DNA of 64,000 nucleotides from Callorhinchus milii (GCF_018977255.1 NW_024704742.1:114640001-114704000); one strand, 5' to 3'. Numbered from the stretch's first letter, positions 38,201-48,875 are shown. Notes: a model not told the origin generated them from the letters alone. Translations and numbers: made by a program.

Positions 38201-41200
38201 GATTGGCATCTCAGCCTGTGCTGAAAAATTAACAGAGATTCATCTTTCCTCCTGACCTGCAGTATGAACCCTGACATTGATATTGGACAAGTAGAAGGAG
38301 CCTTCATCATGGGCATGGGCTACTGGCTGACTGAGAAGATGGTCTACGACCCCAAGACTGGGTCTGTGCTGAATCCGGGGACATGGGAATATAAACCACC
38401 CTTCAGCAAGGTAAGCTTAGAATGTTTGTATACCAGGAAAAATATTTGAGGTGTAGTTTAGAGGACTTTGAAAAAAATATATATTTTTGATTTGTTAACA
38501 AGTGTGTGTCAATTTGGCTCAGTTGGTAGCACTGTCGCCTCTGAGTTAGAAGGTTGTCGGTTCAAACCCCACGTCGGGTCTTGGAACCATATAGTCATAT
38601 ATATTGACACTCCAATGGGGATATAATGCATTATCAAAAATGCTGTCCTACAGATGAGACATTAAACCAAGGTCCTGTCTGCCTGTTCAGGTGGACATTC
38701 AAGATCCCATGACATTATTTGAAAAGCAAATGGAGTTTACCCTGGTGTTCCAGCCAACAATCCCCCAAATAAAATTGATTACAATGCCATATCAACCTGT
38801 TTGTTCCCTCCGCTCAGCAGGCTCTGCCCTACTCCACGTTCCCCATCCAGCCCACCCCACCAACGGCGGTCGGGCCTGCAGCCTCTCTGCCCCCACCCTT
38901 TGGAACTCCATCCCACAGTCCATTTACGTTGCTCCCTCCCTTGCCTCCTTCAGGGCACGTCTCAAAACTTTTCTTTTCGACCGTGCCTGCGGCCACCCTC
39001 CTACTCCTACCCTCCCTGCCCTCCACTCCTCCTTCAGGGCTGTTTGTGGGACATTGCTCTAGCAAAATAGCTGCAGTAGTCATATACAAAATACACACAA
39101 TCACACCATTTTACAGTATATCATTTAAAGTGATTTGAGATGTGTCAAATGTAATAAGGCACTGTATCAAATGCAAGGATTATTATTATAAGCTTCTTAT
39201 AGTGACCAAAGTTTTGGTGATGGGTACAAGTGCTACTAACTGCTCGAAAATATCACTTAACATTGGATTTAGTGTACTTGTACACTTAGAAAAACAAAGT
39301 AATTGTGATCCATGCTGTAACTTCTTGTGATCTGAAATAACATAGAGCAAAAATTCAATTCAGATGCCGTGGCAAATTCTCTGTTGCCTTTTTGATATTC
39401 TTGAGTTGACTGCTTACTTGTTCAGGTGGGAAGTACATTTAATAAGCCAGGTCAACATTTAAAATAACAAGGCTGCAACATTAATTTCAGACAGATAGAA
39501 AATGTTGTACTCAGAATTTGTATGGTGTAAATGTGAATGGAACTTGTAGCAAATCGTGTTTGTTTTGTGTGTGTTTTGTCTGTCAGGATATACCTATCAG
39601 ATTTAACATAGAGTTTCTTACCGATGCTCCCAACCCACTGGGTGTCCTCCGCTCCAAGGCTTCTGGTGAGCCTCCCCAGTGCATGTCCTGTTCAACCTTA
39701 TTCGCTGTGAAACGTGCCATTGAGGCAGCCCGTGAGGACGTCGGGGACAAGTCCTACTTTCCACTACGTGAGTGTGCTCCGGGCTTCAGGACCCTACCCC
39801 ACGTGAAGGGCGCTATATAAAGGGAGGCGCTTCTTCCCTTGCCTCCTTCAAGGCCAGTCTCAAGACCCTTCTCTTCGACAGTGCCTTTAGTCTCCCTCCC
39901 ACCTCTCTGCCTTCCCTCACCCCTACACCACCCCTCCCCCATGCTCGGGCCCCGACACCTGACTGTTCACCGCTTTGAGACGTCCTCCCGACGTGAAAGG
40001 TGCTCTATAAATGTCATTTTGTTGCTGTTGTTGTAAATGCAAGTTGCTGTTGTTGTTATGCTCACTGGGAATACAAACCATTCGTGATAAACATTCAGGT
40101 AATGCTGACTATGGTGTTAAATAAGTTTGGTTAAATCACCCTTACGTTATGAGATAAGATATCGAAGCCATGAAATGTGGCTGTTGCTCTGCACAGCAAA
40201 CAGATAATTCTTAAACCACCCTTAGATTTGAAACCACTTAAGCTGAGCCTCACACTGAAATTGTTATTAGTGCAGAAAATATATAAACTTCCCATCTCTT
40301 TCTCCAGTTTGTTGAACTCCTTAATATATAGAGGGAGTCTGAATTATAATGTAATAATGTCTTAAGGAAGTTTTTGAATAAAGTCACTCATAATCCACGA
40401 GATTGATGGACAAGAGCATTTGAATAAGAAACATTCTTTATGCGCTTGCATTGCCGAGTGCTATCATTTTATTCTAATATGTAAATATCTGGTATTTATA
40501 TTTATTAATTAGCCTGTGTTCATTATTTCTGTCATTCTTTTCTAACCAGTGGGGAATACAGCTCATGATTGGCATAAGCAATAGGATCAGGATAGGGCCA
40601 TACTTGAAGATATATATAGCATCAGATTGATTGCTACTATAATGATCAGGTTTTTAGTGGTAGAATGCAGAAAGACAGAAGGTAGTAAATATATAGTTAC
40701 AATTGTACTTCACCACCCATTATAAAGACCTATATTGTGGAGTCCTGAAGCTCAGTGGTTAGAGCACTCACCTTGCAAGCAAGAGACCTGGGCTCGATTC
40801 CCAGCAGGGTGAAACCTTAGGCAAGTTTCCTTACTCCACACACCTGATACTAATCCCTCAAGGAAATAAATAAAATAACAATTTGGTCACTCAATCCACG
40901 ACTGTTTGTGGGACACTGCTGTGCACAATTGGCTGCCGCGTTTCACACACAAATTTACAGTCAATTCACTTTACAGTATATTCTGTGAAGCGCTTTGAGA
41001 TGTCGAGAAGATATGAAAAGCCCTATATCAAATGCAAGGATTATTATTATTATATTCACTTATTCTAGAAATACCTCATCCAAAAGAGAATTAATCTTGG
41101 CTGAAGGAAAGCAGTGTCAGGAAGTCAGCAACAGAGATTAAAATAGAACAAAGGAAATGATTCCTGCCCAAGTAATACCTTTTTACTTGACTAACCTTGT

Positions 41201-42729
41201 GAAGCACGAGGTATTTGAAACTAATTTAATTTTGTGCTTTTAATGTTGACCTTGAATTAATCTTGTTCATTGATATTTCCTGAAAAAATTCTATGATTCA
41301 TCTACAACAACAACACCAATAACAAAATTACATTTGTAAAGTACCTTTCATGTTGGGAAGACGTTCCAAGGCGCTGAACAGCCAGGGATCAGGACCCAAG
41401 CGTGGGGGGCAGGGTTAGGATGAGGGAGGGCAGAGAGGTAGGAGGGCAGCTGAGAAAGGAGGGCCTGGAGTCATTACTTGAAGGAGGCACGAGAGGGAGC
41501 AAGGAAAAGGGATTGTGGGATGGAATGTCAAAGGGTGGGGGCAAAGAGGCTGGTTGGGCGGGTTGGGCAGGAGACCTGGAGCAGGCTGGAGCCTGCTGAG
41601 CGGAGGAAGCGGACAGGTTGATAGGGTCAGAGATGTAGGAAGGGCCAAGCCCATGGAGGGCCTTGAAAGTGAGGACAAGGATTTTGAATTCTATCCTCTG
41701 AGGGATGGAGAGCCAGTGGAGCCAGGCGAGGATGGGGGTGGTGGGGTCACGGAGCCTGGTGCGGGAGAGGACACAAGCAGCAGAATTCTGGATGATCTGC
41801 AGCTTGTGGAGGGAAGAGTTGGGGAGGGTAACAAGGAGGGAGTTTCCATAATCGAGTCTTGAGGTGACGAATGCGTGTATGAGGGATTCTGCGGCCTGAG
41901 GGGTGAGGCAGTGGCAGAGTCGGGCAATGTTGCGGAGGTGGAGGAAGACAGAGTGGGTCATGGCACGAGGGGAGAAAGGACAGTTGAGGGTCGAACAAGA
42001 CGCCCAGGTTCCTGGCTGGTTTAGTAAAGTGGAGTGTGCATCCGTAGACTCTGATGCTGCCAGGATCTGAGGTGCGGAGGCGCTGGCGCGAGCCAATCAG
42101 GCAGACCTCGGTTTTGCTGACATTCAGCTGGAGAAAGTTGGTTCTCATCCAGGACTCATCCAGACCTAGTTTGCTGATTGAGCGAATTTGAACATTGTTT
42201 TTCCAAAACATCTGGTACAGTCAGGATCTCATAACGGTCTGTATATGGCATTTTCCGGAGGTTAAAGTATTTGGTAGCAGTGGTGATGTTACACTGGTGC
42301 TTATGGCACAATACATATCTCTAGTTATTATTAGATTAGACAAATTAAGTACATATGGGTTTTTTTAAATGGTGGAACAAAATCAATTTGAAAGCTAATT
42401 TCACTGCTCGCTGGCAGTTCACTGTATTGTGAGGACACGTTCTAAAATGTGGTTTAATGAAACACCAGGATATTTGTAATTCTCTCCAGAGAATAAGAGA
42501 TATTACAAAAGTGACTGCGGAATTTAGCAATGCACTCAATCAGACACTGTGAAAGGATTTTTTTAAAAAATTCAATGACATTGAAGAGCAGGGAAAGATG
42601 GTTAATACATTAAAGCAATGGTTCTTGTCTAAACTTTTGTCACTCTGATGTTTTTCCACAGATGGACCTGCAACAGTTGATATCGTCCAGACAAACTGCC
42701 TTGTAGACTACAAGCAGTTTTCAATCTGA
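2207..42729 (+). CDS. Molybdo-flavoenzyme (xanthine dehydrogenase/aldehyde oxidase family, aldehyde-oxidase-like); 26 coding exons in window, 5' exons outside the window
   Basis: Hand-spliced exons with AG/GT(GC) boundaries and matching phases total 3454 nt, about 1150 codons with no internal stop, ending TGA at 42727-42729. Motifs: Fe-[14 protein letters not shown] domain KLVHGDT and VRNAAGWAGN; Moco domain [52 protein letters not shown]. Confidence 0.95.
3050..4697 (+). mobile_element. Three L2 3' fragments (about 3050-3463, 3905-4245, 4340-4697) around exon 2
   Basis: Each shows the [14 protein letters not shown] region and the ggcgct..taaatg..(ttg)n type tail. Confidence 0.75.
3695..3777 (+). 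CDS. XDH/AOX-like exon 2
   Basis: tag|...|gtaaag; (G)[27 protein letters not shown]. Confidence 0.92.
5179..5585 (+). mobile_element. Older SINE with Deu-domain-like core (DeuSINE type)
   Basis: tRNA-like head, then GATGAGATGTTAAACCAAGGTCCC...CAGGTGG.CGTTAAAGATCCCATGG...TTCTCCC..TGGCCAA, a core recognised from the DeuSINE superfamily. Confidence 0.7.
5635..5851 (+). CDS. XDH/AOX-like exon 3 (linker and start of FAD domain)
   Basis: aag|...|gtacct; [10 protein letters not shown]...[12 protein letters not shown]...KLVHGDTAK(G). Confidence 0.88.
6470..7235 (+). mobile_element. L2-clade LINE, older degraded copy
   Basis: Same ORF2 3' region and 3' stem-loop, with stops and frameshifts. Confidence 0.85.
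7485..7702 (+). CDS. XDH/AOX-like exon 4
   Basis: cag|...|gtaagt; [20 protein letters not shown]...KVANEPVRN. Confidence 0.92.
9368..9535 (+). CDS. XDH/AOX-like exon 5
   Basis: tag|...|gtatgt; [29 protein letters not shown]...FLHVDMKGK. Confidence 0.92.
10462..10922 (-). mobile_element. DeuSINE-type SINE
   Basis: Reverse complement of the same core with head and (TTA)n tail. Confidence 0.7.
11425..11502 (+). CDS. XDH/AOX-like exon 6
   Basis: tag|...|gtaaat; [26 protein letters not shown]. Confidence 0.9.
13860..14037 (+). CDS. XDH/AOX-like exon 7
   Basis: tag|...|gtaagc; [10 protein letters not shown]...[21 protein letters not shown]...TLQ(G). Confidence 0.92.
14786..14889 (+). CDS. XDH/AOX-like exon 8
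   Basis: cag|...|gtgagt; [12 protein letters not shown]...[13 protein letters not shown]. Confidence 0.93.
15923..16360 (+). mobile_element. DeuSINE-type SINE
   Basis: Same head, core and tail. Confidence 0.7.
17128..17503 (-). mobile_element. tRNA-derived SINE (long variant)
   Basis: Reverse complement of the same family, full head to tail. Confidence 0.88.
18199..18357 (+). CDS. XDH/AOX-like exon 9
   Basis: cag|...|gtaagc; FILLLNE...[10 protein letters not shown]...[15 protein letters not shown]. Confidence 0.93.
19159..19302 (+). CDS. XDH/AOX-like exon 10 (start of Moco domain)
   Basis: cag|...|gtaagt; [26 protein letters not shown]...[10 protein letters not shown]. Confidence 0.93.
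19575..19889 (+). mobile_element. tRNA-derived SINE with L2-type tail (short variant)
   Basis: GAGTCCTGTAGCTCAGTGGTTAGAGC head with A/B boxes; (TTA)n tail. Confidence 0.88.
20289..20412 (+). CDS. XDH/AOX-like exon 11
   Basis: tag|...|gtaaaa; [13 protein letters not shown]...[11 protein letters not shown]. Confidence 0.92.
21356..21585 (+). CDS. XDH/AOX-like exon 12
   Basis: aag|...|gtaact; [17 protein letters not shown]...[17 protein letters not shown]. Confidence 0.92.
22688..22797 (+). CDS. XDH/AOX-like exon 13
   Basis: cag|...|gtaagt; [36 protein letters not shown]. Confidence 0.92.
23500..23604 (+). CDS. XDH/AOX-like exon 14
   Basis: cag|...|gtgggt; [34 protein letters not shown]. Confidence 0.94.
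23760..23838 (+). CDS. XDH/AOX-like exon 15
   Basis: tag|...|gtaaga; [27 protein letters not shown]. Confidence 0.92.
23900..24072 (+). mobile_element. CR1 3' end fragment
   Basis: ATGGGCCAAATGGCCTCCTTCTGTGCTGT hairpin and TTCTATGA repeat tail; similar fragments at about 12580-12750, 21660-21900 and 55990-56085. Confidence 0.7.
24338..24452 (+). CDS. XDH/AOX-like exon 16
   Basis: cag|...|gtagag; [38 protein letters not shown]. Confidence 0.92.
25632..25712 (+). CDS. XDH/AOX-like exon 17
   Basis: cag|...|gtaaga; [27 protein letters not shown](G). Confidence 0.93.
26784..26948 (+). CDS. XDH/AOX-like exon 18
   Basis: cag|...|gtgagt; [32 protein letters not shown]... Confidence 0.93.
27657..27794 (+). 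CDS. XDH/AOX-like exon 19
   Basis: cag|...|gtgagt; ...[24 protein letters not shown]... Confidence 0.92.
29370..29452 (+). CDS. XDH/AOX-like exon 20 (GC splice donor)
   Basis: cag|...AAG|gcaagc; [28 protein letters not shown]. Confidence 0.9.
29651..30003 (+). mobile_element. DeuSINE-type SINE, degraded
   Basis: Same core motifs. Confidence 0.6.
30625..31123 (-). pseudogene. Decayed 28S rRNA fragment (3' domain V region), interrupted by a SINE at about 30743-30990
   Basis: The reverse complement reads CACGATCCTTCTGGCTTTTGGGGTTTTAAGCAGGAGATGTCAGAAAAGTTAGCACAGGGATAACTGGCTTGTGG... and ...TTGGATTGTTCACCCATTAACAGAGAATGTGAGCTG...GGTTAGCTTTACCCTAC, matching conserved eukaryotic LSU rRNA. Confidence 0.88.
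31427..31555 (+). CDS. XDH/AOX-like exon 21
   Basis: cag|...|gtaaaa; [12 protein letters not shown]...[17 protein letters not shown]. Confidence 0.93.
31870..32230 (+). mobile_element. tRNA-derived SINE (long variant)
   Basis: Head GGAATCCTGTAGCTCAGTGG, extra internal block CTGTTTACCTAGCA..GTAGGAACCC, (TTA)n tail. Confidence 0.88.
32289..35125 (-). mobile_element. CR1-clade LINE, degraded, about 2.2 kb plus a nested L2
   Basis: Minus-strand peptides [33 protein letters not shown] and EKDLG; CR1-type TTCTTATGTT 3' end near 32290. Confidence 0.88.
33066..33676 (+). mobile_element. L2 copy nested in the CR1 element
   Basis: L2 3' region flanked by TTCATTA direct repeats (33059-33065 and 33677-33683). 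Confidence 0.88.
35338..35471 (+). CDS. XDH/AOX-like exon 22
   Basis: cag|...|gtgagt; [16 protein letters not shown]...[18 protein letters not shown]. Confidence 0.93.
36567..36704 (+). CDS. XDH/AOX-like exon 23
   Basis: tag|...|gtaaaa; ...[33 protein letters not shown](S). Confidence 0.94.
37183..37680 (+). mobile_element. tRNA-derived SINE (long variant) with an antisense SINE 3' fragment inserted in its tail
   Basis: Tail interrupted at about 37530-37635 by the reverse-complement 3' end of the same family. Confidence 0.85.
38263..38410 (+). CDS. XDH/AOX-like exon 24
   Basis: cag|...|gtaagc; [24 protein letters not shown]...[10 protein letters not shown]. Confidence 0.95.
38505..39190 (+). 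mobile_element. DeuSINE-type SINE with a nested L2 fragment (about 38783-39035)
   Basis: Core is interrupted by L2 sequence, then resumes at GGCTGTTTGTGGGAC. Confidence 0.72.
39587..39767 (+). CDS. XDH/AOX-like exon 25 (catalytic Glu)
   Basis: cag|...|gtgagt; [11 protein letters not shown]...[30 protein letters not shown]. Confidence 0.95.
40739..41053 (+). mobile_element. tRNA-derived SINE (short variant)
   Basis: Same family, full length. Confidence 0.88.
41303..42165 (-). mobile_element. L2-clade LINE, older copy
   Basis: ORF 41389-42096 includes [15 protein letters not shown]...[15 protein letters not shown]; tail at 41303. Confidence 0.88.
42662..42729 (+). CDS. XDH/AOX-like last coding exon
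   Basis: cag|; (H)[21 protein letters not shown], with the PAT motif typical of the family C-terminus. Confidence 0.9.
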
Positions 42730-43204
42730 AATCAAGCCACTAATTTGTGCCAATGTACTGAACATACACAAGAGCTAGCTCTTTAATATACAGTCGTACT
42801 GCGATCTGCACTAATGTATCCACGGCAAGCATTCAATACAATGCTTATGAATGTAAAAAGAAAAAATATGCAATTGCATGAGACTGTTGGCTTATTCAAG
42901 ATATTGTTTCAATATTCACACTGTGGTTGAGTGTATAGTTAGGTACATTGTATTTGGTTCTGATTCAACATAAAATGTAACTCGCTAGTTTAAAGGAAAT
43001 AACTCCAGTTAGTGTTTTTCAACCATTGGGATCACATAGTTGGGGCTGGGGGTGGGAGTTGAGTGGAGGGTGCAGGTGCCAGCTAGTTCTTTTAATGTTT
43101 GAATGTATTGATTCTTTTGTAATCCTGTTAATTACTTCAGCAATGGAACATTTTGATTTTTAAAAAAATAACTGATATAACTCTTAATGATTTTCTCTGA
43201 TCAA

Positions 43205-43210
43205 ATTAAA
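43205..43210 (+). promoter_or_regulatory. Candidate polyadenylation signal (ATTAAA) of the XDH/AOX-like gene
   Basis: ATTAAA about 480 nt after the stop codon, followed by T/GT-rich sequence; not verified. Confidence 0.3.
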
Positions 43211-45548
43211 TGTTCAGTTCACTCCTGCAATGTATAGTTTTGTAATTATTTCTGATTTTGCACTTTGCTTATTTTTCCAGTTTTACATTAGTCCATGAGA
43301 ACATACTGACGGAACAAGGTCATTCAGCCCCTCTAACCTGACCCGTATTTCCTGTGTTGTACCACTCCCTGGCTCAGTCTATTGCATCACAAACCCACTC
43401 TACTAATTGACTTTAACTGAGCTCATGTCTATCTGTTATGGTGGCTGTTAAAAAAATCCAGTGACACTAATTTAAAGGGGGTGGGGGGAGCATTTCTCCT
43501 GGTATCCTGGCCAACAATTCTCCAGATAAAATTGGTTATTTAACTTTGTGGCTATTTATAGGATATTGCTGTGTGCTAATTGGTTTCCATGTCATACAAT
43601 ACAAGTACGGACTATACAAATATAGTCACTGCACTCCACAAAAATGGCCTTCCTATAGCAGACTCCCATGACATGCATTAGATGGGAATAGCAAAATAAT
43701 TGCTTAAAACCAGACTTCCATGATCAGACAACACTGAAAGCAAATTGTCACGAAGGTGAATAATGCGTTCTTCATCACATTCAATATTTTAGAAATTAGA
43801 TAACTTTATACTTCCTTTTAAGTGAGCACAGTTTATTTCACTATAACATAAGCCAGTTTCAGAAGTATAGTATAGCAGGAGCTAAGTTATAATAATAATA
43901 ATAATAATAATCCTTGCATTTGATGTAGCGCCTTAGCAAGGTTTGGAGCGCCTCACAGAATAAACTGTAAAGTGAATTGACTGTATATTTTGGGTTAAGA
44001 ATCACTATACTTTGCAGGAAATCCTATGAAGCGCTTTGAGACGTCCTCCCAATATGAAAGGCGCTATATCAAATGTAAGGATTATTATTATAAACACTTC
44101 TTCAAGTGGGAAGCAGTGCAGTCGATCACAGCCTGGTATGTGTAAAGCCCTCTGACTTCCTAATTACTTAGTTTATCTTCCGTTGCCTCGCAACCAATGC
44201 AATGATAATAATCCTCACAATTAATATAGTACCTTTCACGTCAAGAAGGTGTCACAAAACGCTTCACATGATTTACTGTAAACTAGTGACTATTTTGTAG
44301 GTGAATACAGCATCCAATTTTCACACAATTGTCCCACAAACACCCATGTAGTGTGGATAGTCGGGAGCATTCACCCAAGGTCAGAGGACAGTAACTAGTG
44401 ATCTAGTAAAGTCTAGGCAAGCTCTATTGTTTTTAGAAGCCATGCTCCCTGTCTACGTCTCCTTTTACCCTGCAAATTCTGTCACAAGAACGTATCAGCT
44501 TGATAATCTGCACAGTCATTGGGAACAGTACATTGTGGTTTGAAAAATGTACCCACAGGACATGCCACAACCAATGCTGAATAGTCCATGAATGGAATTG
44601 TAACAATGAATTGTTTTCATATCTAACAGAGGTACTTTGAGCAAAAAAAGCACTTTAGAGAAAAATTTCCCAAAGTTTGTGGGTTGAAGCCTTACATCGC
44701 GATGGACTTGGAACTCGTGTCGTCTCTCAGTTGACATTCCAATGCTGTAAAAACAGCATTTGACAAGAGTGATCCAATAGCCATTAAACTGCCAGATCAA
44801 ACCCGCTAAGTTGCCTAATCGGAATTAACATTCTATAGGTCATATGTCATTTCACAGTTTAAATCTTCAAATTAACTGCAACAATGTTAATCGATTTGAA
44901 GGTGATGGGTACTGTCAACTAGCAAATTTGAAGTCATTTTAGAATTGGTCTCAAAGCCTTTGGATGCCTCTTACTCTCTAAAACCACTCAAGTATGCTGA
45001 CTGACAGGTCTTGTAAACTTTATTCGCTGTTCAGATTGTTAGTTTACATTAAATAAAAACTTACCACAGATTATATAATATGTGTAGTACAGTAGAACCC
45101 TGTTATAACCTGCTTCATTACAACACAGATTCACCTATTGGGTTGTGGACCCCAACATTTACTTACCAATCACGTCCAAAAAGTGCACAGAAAGATGGCT
45201 GGTGTGCATCAAATCCTGTTGCTTTTTGTGTTAAAACACATCATCAAAATCTGGCTTGTTTTGAAACACAAGAGCACAAGAAACACAATGACGTGATTTG
45301 AAACATGACAATGTGCATAAGAAACACAGCCAACTTTTGAGCATGTGAGCAATGATATCATCAGGCATGTGATGGGTGAATTTACTATATGGAAGCACTG
45401 ACGGCTCCTATTTGCCAAAATGCTTGAAATTAGCTACACAAAGAAATACAACAACCCACTTTGAGATGTCCTCCTGAGTTGAAAATGTAAGAATTTCTTA
45501 TTACTGTATTTTCAACAAATAATTTCTCAACTGTATGTGTGGGTGTAT

Positions 45549-45843
45549 GATAATAATAATAATCCTCGTATTTGATGTAGCGCTTTTCACGTCTTCTAGA
45601 CGTCTGAAAGCGCTTTACAGAAAATACTGTAAAGTGAATTGACTGCATACTTGTGGACGAAATGAGGCAGCCAATTGCACACAGCAGTGTCCCATAAACA
45701 GTCGTGGATTGAGTGACCAAGTTATTATTGGGTTTTTTGAAGGATTATTATCCCCGGAAAAGCAGTCAACTAATCGACTAACAACCGGGTTCCTACGTAC
45801 TGCTAGGTAAACAGGCGTGTGGAGTAAGGAAACTTGGCCAACA
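45549..45843 (-). mobile_element. tRNA-derived SINE, 5'-truncated
   Basis: Body and tail of the same family. Confidence 0.85.
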
Positions 45844-47376
45844 ATGATCTTAGACTCTTGATAATCTATGTCAAATTGTTAAATATTTCAATATAATAAA
45901 TGGTTCAAATAAATGCGAGGTTCCCCTTTTTGACTGCTGCAATCTATTTAACCTGTTGTGTCTCCCAATGATAGTTAGGTCTAGTTTGTCCATTGCTGTG
46001 TTCTGAGTCAGATAACGCACAAGCCTACAGAGAGGGATCAGATTCTCATCCCTAAACTCTTGGATTGCTGGAAACACTTCTTGTAAAAAGATAAGATATT
46101 GCCACAATTTAAAGACATTTGTTTATTGTCAGGGTGATACACTGGCATTTTTATTAAATTGATACGTGTTTAAGACATACACTTTTACAAGAAGTCATCC
46201 CCACGAAAAAAACATCTCATTGTTTCCAGCCCAAACATCTTCTCATGTAGGTACAGTCCAACCTTGTGACCCATTCACTTCCTGCTGTGGCAAAGGAGTC
46301 ATCAGAAGGGCATCAAATCATTAATATAGTATGAGCAATGTGTCCACTGAAATGTGCTCATACCTCTTTGGGAGTGGAAGAGGTTAGAAAACAGTAAGGA
46401 GCTTCTTTTTAAAAACAATTTATGCCCTGCAGCTCTTAGCCTCGCGAGATTCTTGCTTTACAGTAAACCGCTTCAGACTAAAAGTATTTTATTATTAATG
46501 TTTTAATAAAAGATTCCATGGATTCTTTTGTCCTCCCTCTGGTCCAATGCATTGACCAATTTGTAATCACTTTGATGATAGTGAATGGAAGAGATCATGA
46601 TGTGAACAGCATGCAATACGCTATATTGAATAATTAGAGCTTCATTTGACAACAAGGGAATATTGAAGAAAGTCCCATTAATGTCTTTAATATGTCCTGG
46701 ACTTGATTTTCTACAAAATCTGTGCAGCATAAGTAAGGGTTGTGCTTGCTGCATCGTTATTTTCTATAAATAAAACCGTACCCTTTGTTTAGCATTACTT
46801 CATCAACATTCAGAGGAACTACTTCACCCAGAGTATAGTGAGATTGTGGAACTCACTGCCTGAAATGGTGGTTGAAACAGATGGTGTAGATGCATTCAAG
46901 AGAAAGTTAGACCCTCACATGGGGGAGAGGGGAATAGAAGGGTATGAGAGAGAGTAAGGAGTTTATCTTTATAACTGTAAATCTTTGTAAATCGTACAAA
47001 AATGTTTAATTGTAATTTTGGGGCCAATGTAAAAAAAAATTGTGTGGTGTCCCACCACAAGGCCGAACTCCAATATGATTCATTACCGTGGGAGGGGGGA
47101 AGAGCAAAGTGGAGCCTTCTTGTAGCTGGGCCAAGGTGATGTGATAACAATGGAATGTTAGAATTGAGTCAACCCTCTGTGGTGATCTCGATGGTCCAGT
47201 TCCTGACCCAGGTGGGTCTGCAGTATTCCAGGGAACTGCTGATGGCAGCACAGCCAGCCTGGCTCATCAGCAGGACTCGCAGGGGCAAACCAGTCAATGG
47301 TGGCAAGGAATCATCCCACTCATTTCCTATTCATGAAAGACGAAGCCCTAATTAATGGGTAGTACTGAACATTTGT

Positions 47377-47693
47377 GGAGTCCTGTAGCTCAGTGGTTAT
47401 AGCACTCGCCTTGCAAGCGAGACACCTGGGTTCAATTCCAGGCAGGGCGAAACCTTGGGCAAGTTTCCTTACTCCACACGCCTAATAATAATCCCTCCAA
47501 AACAAAACAATAATAAATTGGTCATTTTCCATCCACGACTGTTTGTGGGACGCTGCTGTGCGCAATTGGCTCCTGCATTTCGCCCACAAATATACAGTCA
47601 ATTCACTTTACAGTCTATTCTGTGAAGCGCTTTGAGACGTTGAGAAGACGTGAAAAGCGCTATATCAAATGCAAGGACTATTATTTTTTATTA
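47377..47693 (+). mobile_element. tRNA-derived SINE (short variant)
   Basis: Same family; anticodon-like arm CTCGC-CTTGCAA-GCGAG. Confidence 0.88.
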
Positions 47694-47725
47694 CAACATT
47701 GATGGCAATAGCTCTTAAATCTCAC

Positions 47726-47850
47726 CTCTGAACGATCAATGCGGTCCAGGTTAGAAATATCATAAATGTCTCTGACAGCAGCAGTGTCCGCACCACCAGT
47801 ACCACATTTCTGCAGTCGCAGATTATCCAGGACTTTGAAAAGCGAGAGTC
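47726..47850 (-). pseudogene. ckmt2: ckmt2-like exon remnant with 1-nt deletion
   Basis: cag|DSRFSK(frameshift)[36 protein letters not shown]|gtgaga, 125 nt. Confidence 0.9.
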
Positions 47851-48740
47851 CTGAATAAATATAGTGACTGTCTCGTAATTCTCCAAATACAATGGGATGT
47901 GCCAGCTTTCACTGGCAGTGTCCAGACTTAACAACAGAACCAAGAATGGGGCTTATAATAAAACATTTGGAAACCTATTTGAGAAAGGTCCGTAAGCCGC
48001 ATAAGCAATATTTTTGTGTTTTCCTTCCAGAAACATAACATAGCATTCATGGGTTAATTCATGGATTCCCTGCGAATGTGGCGGGGTGGGGGGGTGGTGC
48101 AGGTGAAGTTGGCCCATGGGCCACCAGTTGGACCACCTTCCCAGGTCTTTCCCCATTTCCCTAAATAGAGACTGAAGAAGTGGCCTGAATAGTGAGATGC
48201 CGACTAGGTAAGGTTCTACTGTATCAATTTCTTACAATGTCAGAGCAAAGTCATACATGGTTCCTCCTAAGGATCGAATTTCCACCTCATCTTAACCTCT
48301 AAAATTTAAGATTGTGCAGATTTGTAGGAAATTGTTCAATTCAGTCTCAATATGCAAGCTCTTTTCTGTAGTCCTTATAAAAGACCGGCTTTCGAATCAG
48401 GACTGAATTTCAATTGTTTCACCATTCAGGAAAATCTTAAATTCTTAGAATAAACAGTTATACCAGGTGGAATTTCAGGCCTTTGATTCAAAGAGATCAA
48501 CAAACAATCTTTCATGAAGACTATATCGCTTATTTCATTGGAACATTGCTATATGTTAATTGGCTGTCATGATTGTCATCAAAATATATCTTCACTGCAT
48601 TTTAGAGTAGATCCTGTGAAGTGCATTGAGGTGTTTTTCCAACATGAAAAGCGCTGTATAAAATGGAAGGATTATTATTATTATTAATGCCTATAAAATG
48701 TATTGTGTTATGATACTGAAATCGCATACAGATCACTTAC

Positions 48741-48875
48741 CTTACTGAGGTTAGGAAGCCTGACGTGCATTCCTGCAAGTAACCCAGTACCCAGGTTGGA
48801 AGGGCAGTTGAGGATATATCCTAAATGTTCATTCCACATGAACTCCCAGCGTTAGTCATGGATCATGTTTTCAAC
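48741..48875 (-). pseudogene. ckmt2: ckmt2-like exon remnant (CPSNLGT signature) with premature stop
   Basis: cag|[44 protein letters not shown]|gtaagt. Confidence 0.92.

Noticed and set aside
2207..42729. Calling the gene xdh or aox1
   Set aside because: Specificity residues and family motifs differ from vertebrate XDH/AOX1; orthology cannot be claimed without a tree.
44516..46754. Minus-strand ORFs as the missing last CK exon
   Set aside because: I found no similarity to VELVQxVIDGVNYLxDCE in the frames I read.
47377..47452. tRNA-Ala(TGC)-like cloverleaf (also at 19575, 31870, 37183, 40739)
   Set aside because: Always followed by the same SINE body and tail, with mismatched stems. These are SINE heads, not tRNA genes.
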